A stretch of DNA of 64,000 bases from Isurus oxyrinchus (taxonomy: Eukaryota): the NCBI GenBank assembly GCA_026770705.1, contig JANJGN010000013.1:58590001-58654000 (forward strand), given 5' to 3'. Shown here one piece after another: positions 48,186 to 61,573 of the stretch (position 1 is the first letter of the stretch; each line of letters opens with the position of its first letter). The notes below the pieces were generated by a model that saw nothing but the letters and a program-made list of their open reading frames with translations, was not told the origin of the DNA and did no database searches. A program made the translations under genes and the position numbers.

Positions 48186-48794
48186 GGGGTGTGGAGGGGG
48201 AGGGAGAGGTGGGGGTGGTGGTGAGGAATGGGTATGTTGCAAAACTGTTTTAACCATGTAACTTCAATCTTGTGTGCTTAAGTTTTTTTTTCTCTCATTG
48301 TTAATAAAACATTTTCATTTTAAAATTCTAGAAGTGTGACTGGGATTCTATGCTTCTGTGATCAGCAGTTCTGTTCCTCGTTTTCAAAATACAAAAAAAA
48401 GTTATGATCAGTAATACAAGTTTCCCTCTTGGATTTGGCTTGCTCAGGCTGTGGTCATAGCATGATCTTTTAAGCCAATTTCCCAATCTACTTTAATTAA
48501 TTCGTCCCCCATCCGTATATACATGGCTTGTTTAAACGTAAAACTATAGCTCTGGACTTAACCACATCATTCTCAAACTCATTATGGGGTTTTGTCATAC
48601 TATGATCATTCTTCATCAGATTACTAACTAACCCTATCCTCATTACACAAAATTAGTTCCAAAATAAAAACGTTTAATGTTGGAAATAGCAGTTGAGACA
48701 ACATGTATAAAAGATGTAGACTGGATCTAAAGTAGCCTGTTCCTTAGTGGATTCACTGAAATATTATTCCAGAAAATGGATGCAATGGCATTTC

Positions 48795-49998
48795 ATAGAA
48801 TCATGGAATGCTTACAGCACAAAAGGCCATTCACCCCTTTATGTCTGAGGTAGTTCTCTGCTTCTCTGAAAAGGTAACTCAGCCAGCCACACTTCCCTGC
48901 CCTATTCCCCTAGCTGTGCAATTTATTTATCTACAGATAATTATCCAATTTCATTTTGAAATACATGAATGCCGTTACATCCATTATACTCTCAGGTAGT
49001 GCATTCCAGCTCCTAACCACGCAGCCCCTAAAAAAGTTTCCTTTCTCTTCCCTTTGGTTTTTTGCCAGTCACCTCGAATTGGTGTTCTCTGTTTCTCCAT
49101 CCGACCATCAATGAGAACAGTCTCTCTATTTATTCCATCCAGACCCCTCATGACTTTTAACACCTCTATTAAATCTCATCTCATCATTCTCTGCTTTAAG
49201 GAGAACAGGCCAGTGTCTCCAATCTAACCACAGAACTGAAGTTGTTCATCGCTGGAACCATTTTCATTAATATTTTCCGGATCTGTCTTAAAGCCTTCAG
49301 AAGTTTCCTAAAGTACAGTGCCCAAAGTTTGATAAAATACTCCAGCTGAAGCCGAATCTGTTTTATAAAGATTCGCCATAAATCCTTTGTTTTTATGCCT
49401 TTATTTATAAAGTCCAGGATGCCAAATGCCTTGTTAATCATTTTCTCAACCAGACCTTCAACGTTAGTGCCTTGTGGACAACACATACAGGTCCCACTGC
49501 TCCTGCACCCCTTTTAGAACTATATCTTTTATATTACCTCCACTCGTCCCATCTACCAAAATGTATCATTGCACAGTTATATGCATTACATTTAATCTCC
49601 CACGTTCCCTCCGTTCTACCAGTCTGTCTCTCTCCTCTTGAAGTCGATTAGTATCCTCCTCACAGTTCACAGCACTTCCAAGGTTTGTGTCCTCTTTTAA
49701 AAAATTGCCATTATGTCCTGCACATCTAAGTCTAGGTCATTAATATAGATCAAGAACAGCAGTAGTTCCATTACTGACCGCTGGGAGACCCAAATGTAAA
49801 CCTTTCCCCAGTCTAAAGAACAAGCCTTCACCACTATTCTCCGTTTTCAGTCACTCAGTCAACTTCATATCCACCTTAACACTTTTCCTTTTATAACTTT
49901 TAACTTTACTGATAAGCCTGTTATATGGGACTTTGCCAAAAAAAACCTTTTGGAAGCCCATATACGCCACATCAACCGCGTTACCCGCATCAACCCTG
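48795..49998 (-). mobile_element. CR1 LINE fragment
   Basis: VDAGNAVDVAYMGFQKVF, KAFGILDFINKGI; tail complement CATAGAATCATGGAAT. Confidence 0.75.
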
Positions 49999-52329
49999 TG
50001 GGCTAGATTATCTGGCCATCGACAATTGGCGGGTAGGAAGGAAGGTTGACAAAATTGTGGGGGATGACGTTGCGAAGATGTGCCGGATATCTTCCATCCG
50101 GCATATTGCCAGTAGCAGGAAAGTTGACAGGTAGCCAATTGAGCCACGTAATTGACCAATTAAAGCTCACTTTTCGGCTCTGGGTCCATTCTGTATGCGT
50201 CAGGTGGACCCATAGGTGCAGGTGGCGATCACTCAGTGAAACATGGTAACCTCTCAGCGGGCTCCGAGAGTTCCGTCTTCCTTTTATGGACAACCTGGCC
50301 CTCAAGGCCCCCCTCCCCGCCCCCGTGGCAATGACAATCCCCGCGCCTAAGTCTCCGCCGTTAGCACAGGAGCATACCCAGTACCCTCCGACCCGAAGCA
50401 CCGGGGCCTAGCTGCCTGGTGCTGGCTTCTCCTAGCAACACTTAACTCTATTCGAGGTCGCTGGGCATTTAGTCAAGGGAACATGCCCGGAATTTCTCTT
50501 GCTCCAAATGGTCTTTACCTGGAGCTCGTATGGTGTAAATGTCAACAGCCCGTCAGCCCAAGTTTGGATGTTAGCCAGATCCTGATCGAGGCTGAAAAGG
50601 GCTTCATTTTTGGAATTCTGATGGAGCAGCCCACTGTGGAATCATTAGTGAACAGTTACATTCCTGACTTATGAAAGTGGATGGGTTATTGATAAAGTAA
50701 TTGAAAAATGAGTGGCCTGAAAATGCTTCCTTCAGTATGTTCTGGGGTTGTGATAACCGTCTTTCGCATCGTGCAAGACCCTTCGTTCGATTGGTTTTTC
50801 CCTTTGACGCCCTTGACTTAGATTTTGTTTGGGCCTCTTTGTGTTTTTTTTTATACACCACCTTTTGCATTCAACTGTCTGCAAAATGCCTGTGATAGAT
50901 CCTGGACTTGACTGATTCAGGTAAAACCTAAACTGAGCGTGGTGAACCAGATCTTGCTCCATATTTGTTGTTTAATAGAATATTAATTGTTTTTTCCCAA
51001 TACATTACTGATGTGGGTGGCAGCTGATAGGGCAGCAATTTATTATTTTCTAATTAGGGCACGCCGCGTCGATCTTTCAAAATGTCATTATGCAAACTAT
51101 AGAATCTTTCCTTCTGGTATGTGCTTGTTTTGGTATCCAGTGCTATAGCTGTGATATTTATCAGGGCCTAAGGTTTTAGCTCTATTCAGTGAAGTTAGCA
51201 ACTTCGTAATGAACACCGTTACCTATGATTGTGTGATTCTCAAGGCGAGGCCAAGTAGGAGCATTCAATGCTGAGCTTTAGCTAGATACTTGCAAGCATT
51301 TCTCTCACACTCCTGATTTAGTTATGAAAGCCAAGCACCATGTTTCCCGTCACCGATTTAAACCTCATTTTTGTTCGTGAACTCGCCTCGCTTGCCAAGA
51401 TCCCATCGGAGTACATGGTGTTGCTTTTGCTATCACTAAACTTTGAAGTGATCCTCATGTTTGTGGCATTTAAGTCCATCATCTTATTTTTATCTATGCT
51501 GTTTTCCGCTGTGTTAACGGCTCCCGCTGATTATATTCCTTCTAACTTTTTTTCGGCATGCGCTGCTGTAGTTCCGGTGGACTATTTAAATTCCGCTATT
51601 TTCACTATGTATCCTTGCTACCCACCTGGCTATCGACCTCCCTAAGCAAGGAGCACTCTGCGACTCAAATATGTCTGCGATCTTGAAGTATACGACAGAC
51701 AGATGCATTCTTCCACAGGGCCGTCATCATTCCCAATGAACAGCTCATGCTGTTCCTAAATAAATAATCCACCAACATACTTCCTGAGCCTCTAAGGTAC
51801 ATCAGTGGTCAGTGGTCCTGCTTGTAAGGTGAACATTGATTCATTCTAAACTTTCAAGGGAGATTCCGTCCCGTTTCCGCCTAGGGAATAGGTATTCCTT
51901 ACAAGAGGGGAGTGTCCTGTGACATAATGCACGGCATAGTCTCTTGGACCAATTTCGATTGCCTGAAAGAGAAATTGTTCAATTTCTTTTCCATGCTTAG
52001 CCTTTATATGTATCTGTTTTTGTTGTCTTCCAGGAGACTAGATTGGGTTGGATGAGGAGTGGGTATATCGTGATACCTAAAACATCATGACTACAAGACT
52101 GCCAGGATGAAGCGGTTGATTCTTTCCAGTTCGACAGTTTTGTATGTTCTTATAAGTACATTACCTCCTGGGTTGTGACAGATCTTCAGCAAAAGCACAA
52201 ACCAGCAATAGTGAACCTGCAGTATACTTTACATTGTATGACCAATGCATGGTTGTCCATTTTGGACAAAAATGTGTAGACCTGCCTAGGTTTTATATGT
52301 TGAAAATCTAGGAACAGAACTTCCGAAAA

Positions 52330-52855
52330 GACGTACCCATGCACACATCTCAGCAAAGTGCAATAGTCAGGTACAACTACGAATTCAAAAAGTTTAATGG
52401 ATGGTTATCCTCCATAACTGGAAGATTAAAATATCAGGTGGAGGAAGTTTTGCCACACCTATGCAAAGTCCTGTGTATAGTTGTAGATATCAGGGCTTTG
52501 AAAAGATATATTAGTCTAGGAAGGAGTGCTGCCAGAATATTATCAGGGCTCCAACAGTTAGAATACGAGGAGCAATTATGTAAGTTGGAACTTAGATAGG
52601 TTTATTGGTAACTAGGTTAAGATTTTCAGGAATTGAAAGAAATTAATTGGGTAGATAAACCATTTTACTCATGGTAGGGGAGGCTAGGCGAAGGGGACGT
52701 GCTTTTAAACCTGAGACCGATAGATTTTGTCAAGAAGGGTATTAAGGGATATGGAGCCAGGTTGGCTGAATGGAGTTAGGATATGGATCCATTGTGTGGC
52801 TACATTGAATGATAAAACATGTTCGAGGTGCTGAATGATCTCCTCTTATTCGTAA
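52330..52855 (+). mobile_element. Very old CR1 3' fragment
   Basis: Degenerate C terminus (LEYEEQLCKLEL) and 3' UTR resembling 24330-24430. Confidence 0.5.
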
Positions 52856-52939
52856 CTTTCTGTCAGTTATTTTGCTTAATGATATTTCAAGTTAAGTGAC
52901 AATTCTTTTTCTGCTCCTTGTGGACCACTTGGTTGTGAC

Positions 52940-55930
52940 CTAGGCTTTCAGCTGGGGCACGACAAAGGTGCACTATCCCAATGATCATTCAAAGACCCCT
53001 CACTAACATCTGGTGCCAAGTATTGGGAGAGCTTCCACACAAACTTGAAAAGCAACAACCTTAAATCGTTATACACATAGCTGCATAACTTGCCGCCTAT
53101 ATCCCTGTTCATGTCCGTCCAGCTGGCAACACTAAATAAAGATGAGGCCAATGGTACAAAATTGGGTGGTAACGGCCCTAGCTGTCCTCAATATTGACTC
53201 CAGACCTCAAGTATCATAATTTTAGGTCAGGCATGGGCAAGGAAATCTGCTGATTGTCATTTTCTCTGACCCCGCTCCTCAACTGACGAATCAACATTCC
53301 TCCATGGTGAGCACCACTTGTAGGGAACTCTGAGGGTAGCAAGGGCACAGATTTCAGTACTCTAGGCGGACTCTTCATTGTTTATCACTAAGAATGACTC
53401 GACAGTACCACTCATGTACAGGTTTGTCATGCCCTGAAGAATATTGCTGCAGAGTGGGCTTGTGAGAGGTGGTGATAGGACAAACGCAAGGGAATCCCCT
53501 ACTTGACTTCGACCTCATCAATGCACCTATTAGATATGTATAGTTCCATGATGCTATTGGAAGGAGTGATCACAGCATAATTCTTGTGGAGTCCAAATCG
53601 CATCTCTACAACAAGGATACCCTCAATTGCCTATGTGGCACTACCACCCTAAGTGAGGATGATTACAAGCAGATCTTGCAGCCCAATACTGGGCTACATG
53701 CGGTACTCTGTGTCATCTCTGTGCAGAAATGCATACAATACAATGTATTATCTCTTGGCTTGTCTCCTCCCTCACTATAACATCAGCAAGTCAGATGACA
53801 GCCTCTGGTCCAGTGAGAAGCGTAGAAAACAGTAGAAAAGTGCATCAGCTGAAGATGAGTTGCCAGCCTTGCGAAGCTGTAACACAGGGCTTCATGCATT
53901 GTAAGGAGTGGAACCAGCATCGTACATGTGGAGCTAAATGATTGGAGAACCAACGGGTCAGGTTAAAGCTTTGCTACCTTTTGATGCCCAGTGAATGGTT
54001 GTGAGCAATGAAGCATCGAAAAAGAGGTGTACTCTCCATGATCATCCACACAATGAATGCTGCCAGCACTCAGTGTTTGAGGACAAAAAACAAGGCTGAA
54101 GTATTCATAAACATCTTCAGCCAGAGGGAAAATTGGTTGATCATTCTGCACAATCATGAGCACAAACACTGAAATCCAGCAGTGAGTTAAGAATGGGACC
54201 CTTTGGTATTAAGGCAACTTTTGAGTGAATATGGCAACAAGTTGATGGAGATCAACAGAAAGCTCTTCAGTAGCTAGAGCAAACCAAGATGTCCTCTGGC
54301 CTCAAACAATCAGTTAGCTCCAGTATGTTCCTGAAAGTATTTCTAAGGGCAGCACCCAAGGCCAAATTTTATTGACCTACTTTATTGGTAGCCGTGCTTC
54401 CATCATAAGGTCAGAAGTTGGACTGTTGACTGATGACTGTACAGTAGTCAACTTCATTCACAATTCCTCAGATAATTAAGCCGTATATGCGCACACCCAA
54501 CAAGAACCATAGAACTATAGAAAAGCTACAGTGCAGAAAGAGGCCATTCAGCCCATCGTGTCTGTGTTGGCCAAAAAGAGAAAAAAAAACTAGCCACTCA
54601 TTTTAAACCCACTTTTCAGCACCTGGTCCGTAGTCTTGCAGTTTACAGCACTTCAGATGCAAATCCAGGTGCCTTTTAAATGAGTTGAGAATTTCAGCCT
54701 CAGCCACCAACTTAGGCAGTGAATTCCAAATGCCCACCATGCTCTGGGTGAAAATGTTTTTCCTCTAACCCTTCTACCAATCATCTTAAAGCTATGCCCC
54801 TTGGTAACTGACCTCTCAGCTAGGGGAAACAAGTCTTTTCTGTCTACCCTATCTAAGCCCCTCATAATTTTGTACAGCCTTTAGGGTCACCCCTTAGCCT
54901 CCCCTTACATAAGGAAAACAACTCTAGCTGATCCAATCTATCTTTGTAGCTGCAATTTTCAAGCCCTGGCAGCATTCTTATAAATCTTCATTGCACTCTC
55001 TCCAGAGCAGTTATGCCCTGTAATGTGGTGACCAGAACTGCACACAAAGTTCCAGCATTGCATCCCTGCTTTTATATTCAATATCTCATCCAATAAAGGA
55101 AAACATTTCATATGCTTTCTTTACCATCTTATCCACCTGTCCTGCCACCTTCAGGGACCTGTGGATATGCACTCCAAGGTCTCTCATTTCCTCATCCCTT
55201 CTCAATAATTTCCCATTTATTGAGTATTCCCTTGCTTTGTTTGCCCACCACAAATGCATTACCTCACACTTTTCTGGACTGAATTCCATTTGCCACTTCT
55301 CCGTCCACGCAACCAAATAATGTTTTCATTCAGGAGTCAACAACTATCCTCTGCACTATCAGCTACACGGCCAATTTTTGTGTCATCCCCGAATTTCCCA
55401 ATCATGCCTCTCGCATTTAAATCTAAATCATTAATGTATACAATAAACAGCGAGGGCCCCAACACTGAGCCCTGTGGAACACAACTGGAAACCGTTTGTC
55501 ATTCGCAAAAACATCCAGCTCCCTCGACATTCAATGGAAATGCCTTTACCTATCATTATCCTAAGGATACCATTTACCAGAAACTCAACTGGACCAGCCA
55601 CACAAATGCCGTGTCTTTGACACACCTCAGAAGCATCTGAACTGCATCACTTAGAAGGCCAGTGGCAGCAGGTGCATGGGAAAATCATCAGCCCAGGTTC
55701 CACTGCAAGCCTTGCATTATACCTACTTGGACACATCTAACTGTTCCTTCATTAACACTGCATTAATTCTCTGAAACTCCATCATCAACACCATCATGGG
55801 AGCGCCTCGACTACATTGCACTGCATTGGATCAAGGGGAAAGCCCATTGCAGCTTCTCAATGAAAACCTGGGATAGGCAATAAATGCTAACCTTGCCAGT
55901 GATGCCCAGATCCAGCGAATGAAAGAAATA
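52940..55930 (+). mobile_element. Decayed HER1-like LINE interrupted by a CR1
   Basis: Endonuclease remnants near 53230-53600, DDCT near 54432, tail GGATAGGCAATAAATGCTAACCTTGCCAGTGATGCCCA at about 55871. Confidence 0.65.
54507..55520 (-). mobile_element. CR1 LINE 3' fragment nested in the HER1-like copy
   Basis: VPQGSVLGP, KWQMEFSPEKCEVMH, RDLGVHIH, MRGLDRVDRKDLFP. Confidence 0.85.
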
Positions 55931-56984
55931 TGAGGACAGACACAATTACAGCTATTGTTTTATTTCACAAAAAGCGAACATATAGAGTAATAATAAGGAT
56001 CAGACTCATTTGATTTAATCAGCACTTTCCTTCATCGTATACTACATGAATGGGTGATTTTGCTTGACTTAAGCAAAATTGCTTCTGCTTGCCTTCCTGT
56101 GTTTCAACCTTTTGAGACAGTTGAAATCTTTTGATCACAACTTTCAGTTAAATAATTTCATTATTAGTACCTATTCCTGTGCTATCTAATTCATATAGCC
56201 AAAGTTGACAGGGTATTATCAGACAGCTGCTGCTGACCATCCTGAACCAGAGACTTCCCAGCACAGTGGGGGAAAGGATACAAAGTGCTTGCAGGTAGAA
56301 GATAAAGAATTGTGCATGATTGATGTGGGAAATAAAGGGTTAATATGATAACTATGAGTGACACTTATGAAATAATTTAGCTATACTTTCCAGAAATCTT
56401 AGCTTACACCCCTGGCCTGTTTTGCTAGATGTGTTTTGTTAGAGATGAAGTTACTGTAGTTGATAAGCCCGAGCTGTCTTCTGTTTTTTCACATTTTGCA
56501 CTCTAGCTTGCTTGACTGTGAGAACATGATAGGACGTGCTTACCAGGGGCACTCTGAAGGCCATGAGCAGGCAAAATAAGCTCAGGCATGTAGCCAGCTG
56601 AAGCTGTATTGTGTATAAATGTATGTTATTGTTACTGCTTTTCGAGAGCTTCTGCAGCCTGAATCTTTCCCCTGCGTGCTTGTGATAAAGAACTGCCGAC
56701 TTTAACCATCTCTGGCCTCTGAGTGGCTTTTGCCCCACAGCAATGATCTTTGGGGGATGCAATCCTAAAGACCAAATATTAGCATATTAACTATCTGTTC
56801 TTTCATTCTTTAACACTTGCATCACTACACATTGCTTTAAAAGACTAAACTTGTGGAAAATGATTGAAAAGAAACACTAAAACGTGCTCATATTGATTAG
56901 TTGCCCCATTCGAGATAAATTATAAATAACCTAATTGAACTGTTGTTGAAGGGTAATGGGAGCTATAGCTTCAGCTGTAGATAG

Positions 56985-59060
56985 ATTTTTTACTTGTTCA
57001 TGGGACATTGTCAGCACTGCTAAGTCATGTATTTATTGCTTTTCTCTAATTACCCTTGAAAATGTGGTGTTCAGCCACCTCCTTGGAACTTCACAGTCCA
57101 TGTGGTGTAGGTACACAAACACTGCTGTTAGGGAGGGTGATCGAAGATCTTTAGCCAGCAATTGTGAAGACCTAATGATATCCTTCTATTCCAGGGCGGT
57201 ATGTGATCTGTAGGGGAACTTAAAGGTGCTGGTGCACCTCCCGCCCTAGTAATTCCAGGTGATAGGGATCACGGGTTTGGGAGACGTTATCTAAGATGTT
57301 TTGGAGTGTTGTTTCAGTGCATCTTGTAGATGACATTCTTTGGTGTCACCATGTGCCTTGGTGGAGGGAATGAATGTTTAAGGTGGTGAGTAGGATCCAA
57401 ATTAATCAGGCTGCGTTCCTGAATAGTGTGGGCCTTCCTGAATGTTGTTTGAGTTGCACGCATTCAGATCATAGAGGATATTCCATCATACTCTTGACGT
57501 GTGCCTTTTAGGTGGTGGATAGGCTTTGGGGAGTCAAGAGGAGAGTTACCCGCCACAAAATTCCTAGCCTCTGGCCTGCTCTTGCTGCCATGTTATTTAT
57601 GTGCCTAGTCAGTTTAAGTATCGGGTCAATGGTAACCCCTAGGATGTTGATGGTGTAGGACAATGGAATGGTAATGCTGTTGAATGCTAGTTGGAGATGG
57701 CTATATTCTCTCTTGGTGGGGATGGTCATTGCATGGCACTTATGTGCCGCGAATGTTATGTGCAACTCTTCAGCCTAAGTCTGAATGTTGTGCCTGACTT
57801 GTTGCATGTGGGCAGGGACAGCATCAATGTCTCAGCAGTTGTAAATGCAACTGAACATTGTGCAAACATTAGTGAATTTCCCCAATGAGAGGAATGAAGG
57901 GAGGATTGTTGATGGAGCACTGGAAGGTTCTTGGGCTGTGGATACTGCCCTGATGAACTACTACAGTGATATCGTGAGGTTGAGATCATTGGCCTCTGCC
58001 AACCAAAATCATCTTCCTTTGTGCTAGGTATAGCTCCGACCAGTGAAGAAACTTCTCCCATTGACTTCAATTCTGCGTGCCTCCTTGGTGCCATACTCAG
58101 TCAAATGCTACTTTGATAACAAAGGCAGTCAATAATGCCTTTCTTTTGGAAGTCAGCTCTGTTATTCATGTCTGAGCCAAGTGTTCTCTATCAAATCCAA
58201 ACTCAGCATTCATGTGTAGGTTATTGATAAGTTAATGTCACTTGATAACAGTGTTGATAACACCTTCATCACTTCATCATAATGACAGCACTTTGCTCAT
58301 GATTGATTAGTGGGCTGCTTTGACAGATTAGATGTATTCTGTTTTTTTCATTGAGGGTGTGGGGAGACAGGACTTATATGGGCAATTTTCCACATTGTTC
58401 GCTAGATGCCATTGTTGTAGCGGTACTGGAGCAGCTTGGCACCAGGTGCAGCTAGTTCTGGAGCACAATTCTTCAGTATTATTGGGTCAATAGCCTTTCC
58501 TGTATCCAGTGTGTTCAACTGTTTCTTGCTTATCATGTGGAGTGAATCGAATTGGCTGGAGACTGGGATGTGATGTTGTTGGTCCCGTGAGCATGCTGAG
58601 AAAAATCATCTGCTCCGCACCTCTGCCTGAAGATTGTTTCAAATGGGTGAGCCTTGTGTTTTGCACTGACCTGTTGGGCTGCCCCTTCATTGAGGATGGG
58701 ACTGTCCGTGGACCCTCATCATTCCTTTAGCTGTTAATTGTTTTTAGCTTTTAATTAGCTGTTAATCTACCCTTCACGGCTCCATGTGGCAGGACTGCAT
58801 GAGGCAGGACTGCGGAACTTTGATCTGAGCTTTAGCTGTGGGATCGCTGAATTCTGTTTTAACATGCTATGTCGGCTGTTTAGATGCGTGTAGCCTGTGT
58901 TGTGGCTTCAGTAGGTTGGCACCTCATTTTTATTCATGCCTGATGCTGTTCCCCTACACCCTCATTGAACCAGGTTTATCCCCTGACTCTGTGATAATGG
59001 CAGTGCCAAGGATAGGCCAGGACATGAGGTTACAGGTTGCGTTGGAATGCAACTGCTTCA
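56985..59060 (-). mobile_element. Decayed HER1-like LINE
   Basis: INILGVTIDPILK...RAGQRLGILWRV; 3' end similar to 29000-29270. Confidence 0.7.
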
Positions 59061-59559
59061 TATAAAGGTTGGAATAAAGAATACCCCCACGTGATGTTTT
59101 GCTTTATTAACGGTCATTGGACATCATTGTAGCTCCTGATACCTTTTGTATAAATTCCTGGTATAATAAATGACGCACAAGCAAAATACCATCTACATGC
59201 GGTATTTTTAACCCGGTGCAACGGACGTGTCTCTCAGATCTGTACTATAACTGTGTAGTTCTCTGTAAATTAAGACATTCCTGTGTTATGAATATTTAAA
59301 TTTAATAAATTTAATAATGGTGAACAGATGTAATGTAAAGAATCGGTAGGGTGATCAGCAAAACACTTTTTTTCCTTTCAGCGGGATGATTGGTGTGATT
59401 CTTTCCGCCTTAATGGTGAGTCAGCCAGTGAAGGTAAAGCCGCTTAAGTGTATATTCCGTAACCAGCAGAATCGAATGAGATGAATGCGCCCGCTGTGTA
59501 AAAAAAAAACTGGTTTTGGACAATCGCAGCATGATACTGCAAAAAGGAGGCCGTAGCGC

Positions 59560-60270
59560 TGCATATTTTCCCACTTCAATTATTTATCACATAATTTTTT
59601 TTATTGCATCTGCTTCCGCCACTTTGTCAGGCAGTGAATTTCAGATGATATAAGAAATTGCTGTGTGAATTTCATTTCTCATGTCGCTTCTGCCTCTTTT
59701 GCCAATTGCTTTAAATCTGTGTTCTGCATAGCGAACCCTCTGCCGGCGGAAAAAATTTCTCCTTATTCACTCTGTAAAAATCCTTCAGGATTCCGAGAAT
59801 TTCTATAAAATCTCCCCTTAATATTCTCTGTTCTTTGGGGAATAACCCCTATTAGTTAGGCTTCTCCACGTGCCTGAAGTCCTGTATCTCCGGTTCCATT
59901 TTAGCAAATATTCTCTCCGTACTCTCTAAGGTCTTAGCATCCTCCCTAATGTGAGGTGCCCATAATGTTCCGGCTGGGGCCTAAACACTGTTTTGAAAAC
60001 CTTTAGCAAAGCTTCCCTGCATTTGTTCTTTTTACCTCTATTGATAAAGCCAAGGAACTCTGCGTCTTTTTAACAGCCTACTCCTCTTGCCCCATTCATT
60101 TTCGAAGATTTAAGTACGTACACCTTCAGATCTCCCTGTTCCTGAATGGCATTTAAAATTATGCCAGATAGCTTATATTGCATCTCATCACTCTTCTTAC
60201 GTAAATTAATCACTTCACACTTTTCTGGTTAAATTGAAGGCGTTATGTATCTGTCCATTTCCCCATCGTA
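59560..60270 (-). mobile_element. Old CR1 3' fragment
   Basis: Loosely collinear with 48950-49600 and 54680-55280. Confidence 0.5.
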
Positions 60271-60961
60271 ATGCGAATTATTTTATTCCTCTTCAATTTC
60301 GAATTGCACAGCGTGTAGCATACCCGAAGATAAACAAATGCTTTAGACTATTAAAAGCAGGATTATCGTGAGTGTTATGATCTTTAATTGTTCATGTTAA
60401 AATGTGTGGTGTGTATTGAAAAAGACAGTTATTAGTTCGCTATGAATTAGAGCAAAGTTTTCGCTTTAAAGACTTTCTCGGGACAATGCAACAGAGAGAG
60501 CCAATTCAAATCAACGGCAGTGCGCTAAAGTCTTTGACCGGTTGATCACAAGTTACCTATTATAAAGATAATGTATGAGGAACCTTTATTTTATAGGAAT
60601 GCAGCTGAATTCTTAAGGGCTGGTCTGAGAGTGTAAGAAGATTGTCGTTATCCTTTGCACTACCTTAGAGAGGACACGTATAGTGATTAAAGTAATTTCC
60701 TGATGCTTACATCTGACACGTGAAAAAGGAGATTAACTTTAATAAATTTGTCCAAAATAATGGCTTCTTTACGCTGTTTGCACAATTACACATTTCAAGA
60801 CGGCATTGTACTTTATTAATAAATCCTGTGCGTGATGTGCAGCATCACGACAAGGATCTGTTCTGTTATCCAATGTCGGTTTGTCCAGTTGGCAAGCCTT
60901 GTGGCATAGAGGAATGAACACGATATTCAATGCTCAGTTAGGGCTTGTAACGTCAGCCTAC

Positions 60962-60969
60962 ATTTGCAT
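60962..60969 (+). promoter_or_regulatory. Ig promoter octamer ATTTGCAT, cluster 2
   Basis: About 120 bp upstream of the ATG, like cluster 1; E-box CACGTG at 60979-60984. Confidence 0.85.
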
Positions 60970-61088
60970 AATTAAGAACCACGTGGTAATATGTCATCAT
61001 TAAAAACATTGAAAAGGCAAGGTGAGCCTGGTCAGCGTTAAACTTTCTGCCTGCAACCTGGCGAACCTGTTTGAGCCTCTCCGAATTC

Positions 61089-61573
61089 ATGATGTCTGAG
61101 TGGGTGCGTGTCATCACAACGCTGATAATCTACGCAGTTTGTGAGTATTCAACAAAAATTATATACAGGTATAAAGTGAGGATATTAATGATTGGAAGAC
61201 CATCCTCTAATTTTGTTCCAACTTTTTGTAGGTTCGAACGCGGCGGTGACATTAACTCAACCACAATCGGTATCCATCGCGCCCGAAGGGACGGTGAAAT
61301 TAAGTTGAACCGTATCTGGCGGGACTTTGGGAAACAGTGACGTAGGATGGTACCAGCAGAAACAGGGGAGTGTTCCTCGATTTCTCCTCTATCATGATCT
61401 TAACCGTGAGGTCAAGGGTACAGGGATACCTGCTCGATTTTCTGGGAGGAGTCAATCATCAACCAATGCGGCATATTTAACCATCACCGGTGTCCAATCG
61501 GAGGACGACGCCGACTATTATTGTGGTTGGGGTAGCTACGGCTTCGGCGGAGGGACCAAGCTGACTGTTCTGA
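61089..61573 (+). pseudogene. IGLV: Germline-joined VJ Ig lambda-like gene, cluster 2, with nonsense codon at the first cysteine
   Basis: Leader 61089/61092-61140 (MSEWVRVITTLIIYAV, donor GTGAGT). Exon 61232-61573: CSNAAVTLTQPQSVSIAPEGTVKLS*TVSGG...WYQQK...IPARFSG...[24 protein letters not shown], donor GTAAGT. TGA at 61306-61308. No C exon seen before 64000. Confidence 0.92.

Larger units (their letters stand above)
43600..48462 (+). mobile_element. Second Gmr1-type Gypsy, internally deleted
   Basis: LTRs at about 43600-44601 (5' end eroded) and about 47407-48462, purine tract before the right LTR. Internal pieces match parts of 35170-35580, 37010-37265, 38468-39140 and 39780-40140. Confidence 0.85.

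Noticed and set aside
56262-56289. Recombination signal sequence
   Set aside because: CACAGTG is present but the nonamer is poor at 12-bp spacing and no gene segment is adjacent.
61306-61308. Selenocysteine recoding of the TGA at the cysteine position
   Set aside because: No SECIS is visible, the 3' UTR is outside the window, and a single nonsense substitution explains it.
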